Positions 51,148 to 60,159 of a DNA stretch of 64,000 nt are shown piece after piece (the first letter of the stretch is position 1; every line of letters begins with the position of its first letter). Made by a program: the position numbers and the translations under genes. Below the pieces are notes generated by a model that saw only the letters and a list, made by a program, of their open reading frames with translations, was not told the DNA's origin and ran no database searches. The stretch comes from an uncultured Gemmatimonadaceae bacterium (lineage in GTDB: Bacteria; Gemmatimonadota; Gemmatimonadetes; Gemmatimonadales; Gemmatimonadaceae), in assembly GCA_963781585.1 (NCBI GenBank), contig CAWAGQ010000004.1:288001-352000 (forward strand), read 5' to 3'.

Positions 51148-54100
51148 CCGCGCTCCGCCGGTATCGCGTGCTGCCAGCCGATCGGCCGGCCGACGATCTC
51201 GAGCGCGAGCTGCTGGAGCGCTGGCGCGACGAAGGGTTGTTCGAGCGCTCCCTGCAGGAGCGCGCGACCAGTGGAGCGCCGCCGTTCGTGTTCTTCGAGG
51301 GGCCGCCCACCGCGAACGGGCGACCCGGTATCCATCACGTCTTCTCGCGCACCATCAAGGACCTCTTCTGCCGGCACCGCCACATGCGCGGCTTCCACGT
51401 GCTGCGCAAGGCGGGATGGGATACCCACGGGCTCCCGGTGGAAATCGAGGTCGAGAAGGAACTCGGCATCAACGGCAAGCAGGAGATCGAAGCGTTAGGC
51501 GTGGAGGAGTTCAATCGTCGGTGCCGGGAGAGTGTCTTCCGGTATCGCAGCGAGTTCGAGCAGCTCTCGGAGCGCATCGCGTACTGGCTGGACTACGGCC
51601 ACCCCTACGTGACCTACTCCAACCAGTACATCGAGAGCGTCTGGTGGGCCCTCAAGACGCTCCATGCGAAGGAGCGCCTGTACCGGGGACACAAGATTCT
51701 TCCGTACTGTCCGCGCTGCGGTACCGCCCTGTCGAGCCACGAAGTGGCGCAGGGGTACGAGGACGTCGAGGATCCGAGCGTGTACGTGGCGCTGGAACTG
51801 CGGGCCGCCAGCGAGGAGGCGCCGTCTCCGTCCGGCGAGCAGGTGGTGGCGCCGGTGGGGGCGGGCGTAGCGACACCGGCGGACGGCTCGCGGCGCCGGT
51901 TGCTCGTGTGGACGACCACGCCGTGGACCCTGGTCTCGAACGTGGCGCTCGCCGTCCATCCCGACCTCGAGTACGTCGAGGTGCGCAAACGGAAAGGCGC
52001 CGACTGGACGTTGGTCCTCGCCGCGGCGCGGGCCGGCGCCGTGCTCGGTGACGACTACGCCGACCGGTGGGAGATCGTCGGGCGGCTCACGGGGCGCGAT
52101 CTGGTCGGCCGTCGCTACCGCCGTCCACTGGATTGGGTGCCGATTGCGCCGGGGAGTGGGGAACACGAACTGATCGTCGCCGGCGACTTCGTCTCGGCAG
52201 AGGACGGGAGCGGCATCGTGCATCTGGCACCGGCGTTCGGGGCAGACGACTACGCGATGGGTCGACGCCACGACCTCGCCTTCCTGCAGCCGGTCAATGC
52301 ACGCGGCGAGTTCGGCGAGGAGGTGCCGGTGGTGGCGGGGAAATGGATCAAGGACGCCGACCCGCTGATCATCGCCGAGCTGCGCCGCCGTGACACGCTG
52401 TGGAAGACGACCACCATCACGCACGCGTATCCGCACTGCTGGCGGTGCCGCACGCCGCTCTTGTACTACGCGCGCGGCTCCTGGTTCGTGCGCACGACCG
52501 TCCTACAAGGAGCAGATGCTCGCCCGCAACGCGCGCGTCGAGTGGCATCCGCCGGAGGTGGGAGAAGGACGTTTCGGTGAATGGCTGAAGAACAACATCG
52601 ACTGGGCGATCTCGCGAGACCGCTACTGGGGAACGCCGCTGCCGGTCTGGATCTGCGAGGAGAACGATCAGCACGTGGAGGTCATCGGTTCGTACGCCGA
52701 GCTCGCAACGAAGGTGGGAAAGACCCTTCCCGACGATTTCGATCCGCACAAGCCGTTCATCGACCAGTACCAGTGGCCGTGCCAGCGGTGCGCTGCCGCC
52801 GGCACGCCACGCACGACGCGCGCGGGGCAGGATCCCGGCGACGCACCGGCGCCACGCATGCGCCGGGTGCCGGAGGTCATCGACGCCTGGTTCGATTCGG
52901 GGTCGATGCCGTTCGCACAGTGGCACTTTCCGTTCGACAACCGGGAGATGATGTCCGCGCAGTACCCGGCCGACCTGATCGCCGAAGGCGTGGACCAGAC
53001 GCGCGGATGGTTCTACTCGCTGCTCGCGATCGCCACCGGGCTGGGGGACGCGCTGCCGCATAACGAGGACATCGCGAACAGGCCTCCGCATGCCGGCCGG
53101 CAGCCCGGCGCGGTGACGCTCGGCGCTCCTCGCAACAGCGAGCGCGTTGCGCCGTCCTACGACTCGGCTCCCTACCGGAGCGTGGTGGTCAACGATAACG
53201 TGCTCGACGCGACTGGCGTGAAGATGTCGAAGAGCCGGGGCAACGTGGTGGACCCGTGGGACGTGATGACCCGTCACGGCGCGGACGCGGTGCGGCTCTT
53301 TCTGGTTGCCGCAAGCCAGCTCGACGTCCCCCGGCGATTCGACGAGAACGCACTGCGTGAGACGGCCGCCCGGTTCCTGGTGACGTTGAAGAACGTCTAC
53401 AGCGGCATCTTCGCGCAGTACGCGAATTTCGGCTGGGAACTGTCGGATCGGGATCCGGCACCGGACCATCGCCCGTTGATCGACCAGTGGATCCTGTCGC
53501 GGACCCGCAGCGTCGAGCTCGAGGCCGACCGCCTGCTCGACGCGTGCGACGCCACGTCGGCCGCCCGCCTCGTCATGGGATTCGTCGTCGACGACGTCTC
53601 CAACTGGTACGTCCGGCTGAACCGCCACCGCTTCTTCAGCGTGGCCGGCGACGACAACCGATCCGCGTTCGCGACCCTCCACGAATCGCTACTCGTCATC
53701 AGCCGATTGCTGGCGCCGTTCACGCCGTTCATCAGTGATCTGATCCATCGCGAGCTGGCCGACGAGAGCGTTCACCTGGCACCGTACGTTCGCACGCGCG
53801 CGTTCCCTCCGCACCCCGAGCTGGAGGCAGCGATGACGGAGGTGCGCGAGCTGTCGCGCCTGGGACGCGCAGCGCGGGAGGACGCCGCGGTCGCGGTAAG
53901 ACGGCCCCTGTCACGCCTTCTGTGCGTGGTTCCGGCTGCACACGTGGAGCGCGACCGACCCCTGTTACCGCTGCTGGCGCTCGAACTCAACGTGAAGGAG
54001 GTCGTACTGCTCACGTCGGCCGATGAGCTCGTTCGGCTCAATGCGAAGCCGAACTACCGTAGTCTCGGCAAGCGGTTCGGCAAGAGCACACCACTCGCGG

Positions 54101-54570
54101 CGAAAGCGGCCGAAGGGTTGCCAAGCGACGTGCTGCGCGCGTTCGAGCGGGGTGAAGCGCTCGCAATCTCGGTCGAAGGGCAGACGCACGTCCTCGAACC
54201 GGAAGACCTCACGATTGTGCGGCGCGCAGCCGGCGACCTGGTGGTGAAGGAATCGGTCGGCCTGTTCGCCGCGATCGATCCGACAATCACGGATTCGTTG
54301 CGCGGCGAGGGGTTGGCGCGTGAGTTGGTGAGCCGAATCCAGCGCATGCGCAAGGAAGCCCGGCTGGCCGTCTCGGACCGCATTCGAGTGTGGGTGGATG
54401 GTCCGGGCGAGATCGAACGGGTGGTTCGCGAGTATAAGGAGGCTATTTCCGGCGAAGTGCTGGCACGGGAGCTCGTTGCCGGCAGAAACCCGGCGGACGT
54501 TGAATCCGCGGTGCAAACAGTGGAGATTGACGGACTTGCTGTTCGCATCGCCTTGACCCTGGATACCTGA
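51144..54570 (+). CDS. ileS: Isoleucine-tRNA ligase type 2, split by a single-base frameshift near 52495-52501
   Basis: EGPPTANGRPGIHH, GWDTHGLP, WTTTPWT, GIVHLAP, YPHCWR in frame 3. DWAISRDRYWG, EGVDQTRGWF, KMSKS in frame 1. About 1141 aa once corrected. Confidence 0.96.
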
Positions 54571-54572
54571 AC

Positions 54573-54989
54573 ATGGGAACAACCAGCGGCGTGAAGAAGC
54601 CGAAACCGATGAACAAGAAGAACCTCCAGCACTTCGAGAAGCGACTGCTGGAGGAGCGGCGCCGCGCGCTCAAGGAACTTGGCCACTACGAGGACGTGTT
54701 CGGTGCCACGCCGCAGTCCGCGGACGGAGATCTGAGCTCGTACTCGTTCCACATGGCAGATCAGGGGACCGACGCCATGGAGCGCGAAAAGGCGTTTCTG
54801 TTCGCTTCGCAGGAAGGGCGATTCCTCTGGCACATCGATCAGGCGCTGCGGCGCCTGTACAAGGCCCCGGAGACGTTCGGCAAGTGTCACAATTGCGGCG
54901 AGGACATCGCCTTCGAGCGGCTCGATGCGCTTCCCCATGCGCGCTTCTGCATCAAGTGCAAACAACGGGAAGAAGATGGGAAACAGTAG
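54573..54989 (+). CDS. TraR/DksA C4-type zinc-finger protein
   Basis: Coiled coil with HMADQGTD, CHNC...ERLDALP...CIKC. Confidence 0.92.
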   Translation: MGTTSGVKKPKPMNKKNLQHFEKRLLEERRRALKELGHYEDVFGATPQSADGDLSSYSFHMADQGTDAMEREKAFLFASQEGRFLWHIDQALRRLYKAPETFGKCHNCGEDIAFERLDALPHARFCIKCKQREEDGKQ

Positions 54990-55515
54990 CGAGACCAAGA
55001 GCAGAATATTCTGGGCGGTCGCGGCAGTCATCGTCCTGTCGGATATCGCCAGCAAGAGAATCGCTGTGGCGTCGCTCCCCGTGCGCGGTGTGTCGCAGTC
55101 GGTGGTGGGTGAAGTCGTACGCCTGACGCTGGTCTACAACCCCGGGGCGGCGTTCGGCCTCAATCTGGGGGAGTACTCGCGGTGGATCTTCATTGCGCTC
55201 ACCATCGGCGCCCTGCTGATCCTGGGTCGGCTGTACCGCAACACGGCCGGCGCCGATGTCATGCGGGCCTTCGCCATTGCCCTGGTGTGCGGCGGCGCAA
55301 TCGGCAATCTGATCGATCGCTTCGCGTCGCCGGCCGGCGTGGTGGACTTCATCGACGTGGGGATCGGCGACATGCGCTGGCCCACGTTCAATGTGGCCGA
55401 CATGGCCGTGAGTATCGGGGCGTTTCTGCTGGCCTGGGTGTTGTGGGGCGAAGAACGCGCCGACCGGACTGCGGCACGCTCGGCGGTCGCTTCGGAGACG
55501 CCGCGCACGACGTGA
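54976..55515 (+). CDS. lspA: Lipoprotein signal peptidase II
   Basis: NPGAAFG, GAIGNLIDR, VVDFI, FNVAD. Confidence 0.96.
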   Translation: MGNSSETKSRIFWAVAAVIVLSDIASKRIAVASLPVRGVSQSVVGEVVRLTLVYNPGAAFGLNLGEYSRWIFIALTIGALLILGRLYRNTAGADVMRAFAIALVCGGAIGNLIDRFASPAGVVDFIDVGIGDMRWPTFNVADMAVSIGAFLLAWVLWGEERADRTAARSAVASETPRTT

Positions 55516-56510
55516 ACGACAACGGCACCACCTCCACGCAGGACTTTCTCGTCGAGGCGGACAGTGATGTTCGCCTCGATTTGCTCGTGGCCAGGCAGCT
55601 CGACCTGTCGCGCAATCAGGCGGCGAGTCTGATCGCCCGCGGGCTCGTGACAGTGGCCGGGAAGCACGAAAAGGCGAGCTACCGCGCGCGCCCCGGCGAA
55701 CGCGTGGTCGTGACGGTGCCTCCAGCGCCGGCGCATCATGTGCTGCCGGAGTCGATTCCGCTGGTGGTGGCGTATGAGGACGAACACCTGCTCGTGATCG
55801 ACAAGCCGGCCGGCATGGTGGTGCATCCCGCCCCCGGCAACTGGTCCGGCACGCTGGTCAATGCGCTGCTCGGTCGCGCTGGCGAGGCGTTCCCGGCAAG
55901 CGCCCCGACCGAGCGCGCAGGGATCGTGCATCGACTGGACAAGGACACTTCGGGGCTGTTGCTGGTGGCCAGGACCGATCGCGCGCACCGGATTCTCGCC
56001 GACGCGCTTGCCGCGCGACGCGTCATTCGCCGGTATGCCGCTCTTACCTGGGGACACCTCGAGACGGACGCGTTGTCGATCGATCGGCCGCTGGCGCGCG
56101 ATCCGAGAGATCGGAAGCGGATGGCCGTGGTGCATGCCGGGAAGGCCGCGCGCACGTCGCTGGTCCGCCTGGCCCGTTTCGACGTCGCCGACCTGGTGCG
56201 CGCGCAGCTGCATTCGGGCCGGACCCACCAGATCCGTGTACATCTGGCGTCAATCGGTCACCCGGTGGTGGGGGACGATACGTACGGCGGAGGAGGCGGA
56301 CGGCGGGTGGTAGGACTGCCGCTCAAGCGACACTTCCTGCACGCCGCGTGGCTGCGTTTCCGGCATCCCGTGTCGGGAGCAGAGATGGACCTCCGGTCGC
56401 CGCTTCCGCCCGATTTGCGCGAATCGCTCGCCAGAGTCGCGCACGATGAGGCGGTGACGGCGCAGTCCGATCCACTGGAGGTCTTCGGGTTCTACGATGA
56501 CGGAGCCTGA
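55512..56510 (+). CDS. rluD: RluA/RluD family pseudouridine synthase
   Basis: S4 domain (RLD..SRNQ), KPAGMVVHP, HRLDKDTSG, GRTHQIRVH, GDDTY. Confidence 0.92.
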   Translation: MNDNGTTSTQDFLVEADSDVRLDLLVARQLDLSRNQAASLIARGLVTVAGKHEKASYRARPGERVVVTVPPAPAHHVLPESIPLVVAYEDEHLLVIDKPAGMVVHPAPGNWSGTLVNALLGRAGEAFPASAPTERAGIVHRLDKDTSGLLLVARTDRAHRILADALAARRVIRRYAALTWGHLETDALSIDRPLARDPRDRKRMAVVHAGKAARTSLVRLARFDVADLVRAQLHSGRTHQIRVHLASIGHPVVGDDTYGGGGGRRVVGLPLKRHFLHAAWLRFRHPVSGAEMDLRSPLPPDLRESLARVAHDEAVTAQSDPLEVFGFYDDGA

Positions 56511-56934
56511 AGGGGACGCCGAGCAGGTTCTCCTGCTCGAACTCGCCGGCGCGCTGTACGCCGTCGACAGTGCCGCGGTGCGCGAAGTGATCCCGACGAC
56601 GCCCGCCACGCGGCTTCCCGGTGCCCCGGGGTACGTGCGCGGAATCATGAACCTCAGGGGGCAGCTGCTGACCGTGGTCGACCTCGTCCAGCGGTTGACG
56701 GGAGCCGCGACCTGCAACCCGGAGGGCTCCACGATCGTCGTCCAGTCAGGCGAGCGAATGCTCGGCCTGAGTGTGGATGATGTGCGCCAGGTGCATGCGG
56801 TGGCGGTCTCCGGGGCCGGTGGCGTGTCCATCGATTTCCCGGGCCTGGGTCTGGTTCGTGGACTGGGACGTTTCGGCGACGAAGTCGTCATTGTCCTCGA
56901 CGTGGACGAGATCGTACGGCAGACGCTGGCGTAA
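56497..56934 (+). CDS. cheW: Chemotaxis adaptor CheW
   Basis: VREVI, TRLPGAPGYVRGIMNLRGQLLTVVDL, GLSVDDV. Confidence 0.93.
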   Translation: MTEPEGDAEQVLLLELAGALYAVDSAAVREVIPTTPATRLPGAPGYVRGIMNLRGQLLTVVDLVQRLTGAATCNPEGSTIVVQSGERMLGLSVDDVRQVHAVAVSGAGGVSIDFPGLGLVRGLGRFGDEVVIVLDVDEIVRQTLA

Positions 56935-56972
56935 ACGCGGGGGCTCCGGGCTCCCGGCAGGGAGAGATCACA

Positions 56973-57335
56973 GTGAGCCACACGGTACTGATCTGCGACG
57001 ATGCCATCTTCATGCGCACGATGCTGGGTGACATCCTCCAGCAGGCGGGCTTCGAAGTCGTTGGCGAAGCCGAAACCGGAGCGCAGGCGGTGTCCAAGTA
57101 CCAGGAGCTGCGTCCCGACCTGGTGACGATGGACATCGTGATGCCCGACATGGGGGGGATCGACGCGGTTCGTGAGATCACGAAACGCGATCCGGCTGCC
57201 AAGGTCCTGATGTGCAGCGCGATGGGGCAGCAGGCGCTGGTGGTCGAGGCCATCCAGGCAGGGGCGAAGGACTTCGTCGTCAAGCCGTTCCAGCCGAGCC
57301 GAGTGCTGGAGGCGGTCAATCGGGTGTTGGGCTGA
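56973..57335 (+). CDS. cheY: CheY response regulator
   Basis: CDDAIFMR, MDIVMP, SAMGQQ, DFVVKPF. Confidence 0.95.
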   Translation: MSHTVLICDDAIFMRTMLGDILQQAGFEVVGEAETGAQAVSKYQELRPDLVTMDIVMPDMGGIDAVREITKRDPAAKVLMCSAMGQQALVVEAIQAGAKDFVVKPFQPSRVLEAVNRVLG

Positions 57336-57526
57336 ACGGCGCGCCGCGCGTGGTGCCAGCCACCGGATCCTGACGTGGCCGGTTGGCCGCGCCCTTGGCC
57401 AGCCGCCCGGCCCCTCCAGCCTCCGAGAGCCGTCGTCCATGTGTTCGCCCGGGTTTCGGAACGCGCCCCGATCGATCCGCGCGCGATAGTCGAGCCGGCG
57501 TCACTGACCCCCTTCGGTCCCGACCC

Positions 57527-59431
57527 GTGAACACGTCCAGGTACGCGGAGCTGTTCCTCAGCGAGAGCCGTGACAACCTCGTGTCCATCAACGAGGCGCT
57601 GATGGAGTTGGAGCGGGACCCGGCGGCCCCCGCGCACATCGACAGTCTGTTCCGCGGCGTCCATACGCTGAAGGGCATGGCGGGCGTGATGGGCCACAGC
57701 GCCGTGGTGGAGCTCGCCCATGAGCTGGAGACGGTTCTGGCACTGGTCCGCGACGGGGCCCGCGCGCTCACTCCCGACGATCTGGCGCTGCTGTTCGACG
57801 CGGTGGACGTCCTGGAGATGGTCGTCGAGCGCGTCGGCTCGGGGGAAGGCGCCGACGCCATGCCTGACGTGGCGGCGTTATGCGAGCGGCTGCGGTCTGC
57901 CAGCGGGGCCGCTGGTCCTCCGGTCTGGACGGCGACCGCCGAGCACCGGGTGGCGCTGCCGCCCGGCGACGGCGTGGCCGTGCACGTGAGCCTGTCGCCC
58001 GACGCGCCGCTCAAGGGGGCACGCGCGCTCCTCATCCTCCAGCGCCTGCGTTCGTTAGGCGAGATCACCGCCATGTCGCCGGCGGAGAGTGCGCTGCGCG
58101 AAGACAGCTTTGGCGGCGAATTCTCGTTCCGGGTGCGCACCGATGCGCCCGACGAGCAGCTGGCTGCCACGGTACGCGACGCCGGATACGTGCACACCGT
58201 CCGGGTGCGACGCGAGACGACGCCGGCGTCGGGAGCCGGACAGGCGGCGGAGCGGGCGGACGCCGCCTGGCTGTCGGGGGGTCTGAAGGCACCGCTGCAA
58301 CGCTACGTGCGCATCGACGTGCAGAGGCTCGACGGCCTGATGAATCTGGTCGGCGAGCTGGTGATCGCGCGCGGCCGGCTGGCCCGGGCGATCGCCTCCC
58401 ACGTCGACCCCGAGCTCGACGAAGCCGGCGCCACGGTCGCGAATCTGGTAGGCGTGCTGCAGGACGACATTCTGGACAGCCGGATGGTGCCGGTGTGGCA
58501 GGTTTTCGATCGGTTTCCGCGGGTGGTGCGAGACGCCGCGCGGACGCTGGGGAAGGAGATCGAGTTCGTCATCGAAGGACGCGAGATCGAGCTCGATCGC
58601 GCGTTGCTCGAACAAATCGGAGAACCGCTGGTGCACCTGCTGCGAAATGCGGTGGACCACGGCATCGAATCGGCGGCTGCGCGCAGGGAGAAGGGGAAGC
58701 CGGCCGCAGGTCGGCTGGTCCTCGGTGCCTCGCGCGACCGCTCGGCGGTGGTGATCCGCGTCACCGACGACGGGCGGGGCATCGATCGGCGAGAGATTCT
58801 CCGGAGGGCGCGGGCGGACGGCAGTGTGGATGACGAAAAGACGGATCTGACCGACGACGAGGTGTTGCGCCTGATCGCCCGACCGGGGTTTTCGACCGCC
58901 GAACAGGTGACGAATCTCTCGGGGCGGGGGGTCGGTGTGGATGCGGTGGTGAGTCGGATCCGCGCCCTGGGCGGCTCCGTGGAGCTGCGCAGCGAACCGG
59001 GACGGGGCACCACGATCGCCCTGCGGCTCCCGGTGACGCTGGCGATCATTCCGGCCCTTCTGGCACGTGCCGAGCAGGAGACATTTGTGCTCCCGCTCAC
59101 GCATGTCAGGGAGACGCTCCACCTCACCCGACACGTGGTGCGTCAGGTCCGGGGTCGGGACGTGCTGGTATTGCGGGATGACATCCTCCCGCTCCTCAGC
59201 TTGCGGGCGCTGGTAGGCCTTCCAACCCGCGACGCAGAGGGGAGCCAAGTCGTCGTATTGGAGATAGCGGACCGCCGAACCGGACTCGTGGTGGACCAAC
59301 TCCTGGGGCAGCAGGAGGTCGTGGTGAAGCCATTCGATCCGGTGCGTGGTGCCGCTGCGTGTTTCAGCGGCGCGACGATCCTGGGTGACGGCGCGCCGGC
59401 GCTCATTCTCGAGGCCACGAATCTGGTGTAG
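57527..59431 (+). CDS. cheA: Chemotaxis histidine kinase CheA
   Basis: FRGVHTLKG (Hpt), P2 domain, LMNLVGELVI, HLLRNAVDHGIE, DDGRG, PGFSTA, SGRGVG, C-terminal CheW domain. Confidence 0.96.
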   Translation: MNTSRYAELFLSESRDNLVSINEALMELERDPAAPAHIDSLFRGVHTLKGMAGVMGHSAVVELAHELETVLALVRDGARALTPDDLALLFDAVDVLEMVVERVGSGEGADAMPDVAALCERLRSASGAAGPPVWTATAEHRVALPPGDGVAVHVSLSPDAPLKGARALLILQRLRSLGEITAMSPAESALREDSFGGEFSFRVRTDAPDEQLAATVRDAGYVHTVRVRRETTPASGAGQAAERADAAWLSGGLKAPLQRYVRIDVQRLDGLMNLVGELVIARGRLARAIASHVDPELDEAGATVANLVGVLQDDILDSRMVPVWQVFDRFPRVVRDAARTLGKEIEFVIEGREIELDRALLEQIGEPLVHLLRNAVDHGIESAAARREKGKPAAGRLVLGASRDRSAVVIRVTDDGRGIDRREILRRARADGSVDDEKTDLTDDEVLRLIARPGFSTAEQVTNLSGRGVGVDAVVSRIRALGGSVELRSEPGRGTTIALRLPVTLAIIPALLARAEQETFVLPLTHVRETLHLTRHVVRQVRGRDVLVLRDDILPLLSLRALVGLPTRDAEGSQVVVLEIADRRTGLVVDQLLGQQEVVVKPFDPVRGAAACFSGATILGDGAPALILEATNLV

Positions 59432-59502
59432 CGACATGGTGCGGAACGGTGAGGCTGCAGCCGCGCCGCTCAACGCGTGACACCCACGGTTGGAGAAACG
59501 GA

Positions 59503-60123
59503 ATGCAAGAGCTGCTGAGTCTCAAGCCGGTGCAGATCGACGCGCTGCGCGAGGTGGCCAACATCGGCGCGGGTCACGCGGCGACGGCGCTGTCGCAGAT
59601 GACATCGCAGCGGATCATGATCAGCGTGCCGCGAATCAGCGTCACGCCGCTGGAAGAGGTACCGCCGCATCTGGGCCCGCCCGAGGAGCCGGTGGCCGCC
59701 GTCCTCATGAACATGCTCGGCGACCTGACCGGTCGGACGCTGCTGGTCTTTCCGAAGTCCACCGCGCTGCGGCTGGCCGAGATCCTGTTGCACAAGCCGG
59801 CGGGCACGTTTTCCGAGCTGGGCGAACTGGAGCAGTCCGCGCTGCAGGAAGCGGGAAACATTCTGAGCGGCGCCTACATGAATGCGCTGAGCGACTTCAT
59901 GGGACTCCTCCTGTTGCCGTCGCCGCCCAGTCTGGCCATCGACATGTCGCGCGCCGTGCTGACGACGGCGTATCTGCAGTTCGGTGCCGATCCCAACTAC
60001 GTGTTCTGTGTCGAGACCGAATTCCTCATGCGCGACGCGAACGAGCGGCTGCGCGGGTTCTTTCTGCTGCTGCCGGACCTCGCGTCGCTGCAGAAGATTC
60101 TGCGGGCCGTGCGGCTCGCCTGA
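59503..60123 (+). CDS. cheC: CheC phosphatase
   Basis: Two E-x-x-N motifs (DALREVANIG, SALQEAGNIL). GGAG RBS. Confidence 0.93.
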   Translation: MQELLSLKPVQIDALREVANIGAGHAATALSQMTSQRIMISVPRISVTPLEEVPPHLGPPEEPVAAVLMNMLGDLTGRTLLVFPKSTALRLAEILLHKPAGTFSELGELEQSALQEAGNILSGAYMNALSDFMGLLLLPSPPSLAIDMSRAVLTTAYLQFGADPNYVFCVETEFLMRDANERLRGFFLLLPDLASLQKILRAVRLA

Positions 60124-60159
60124 CGCGGCGGGCGTGCGCGTCTCCCCGGTGAACTGAGG

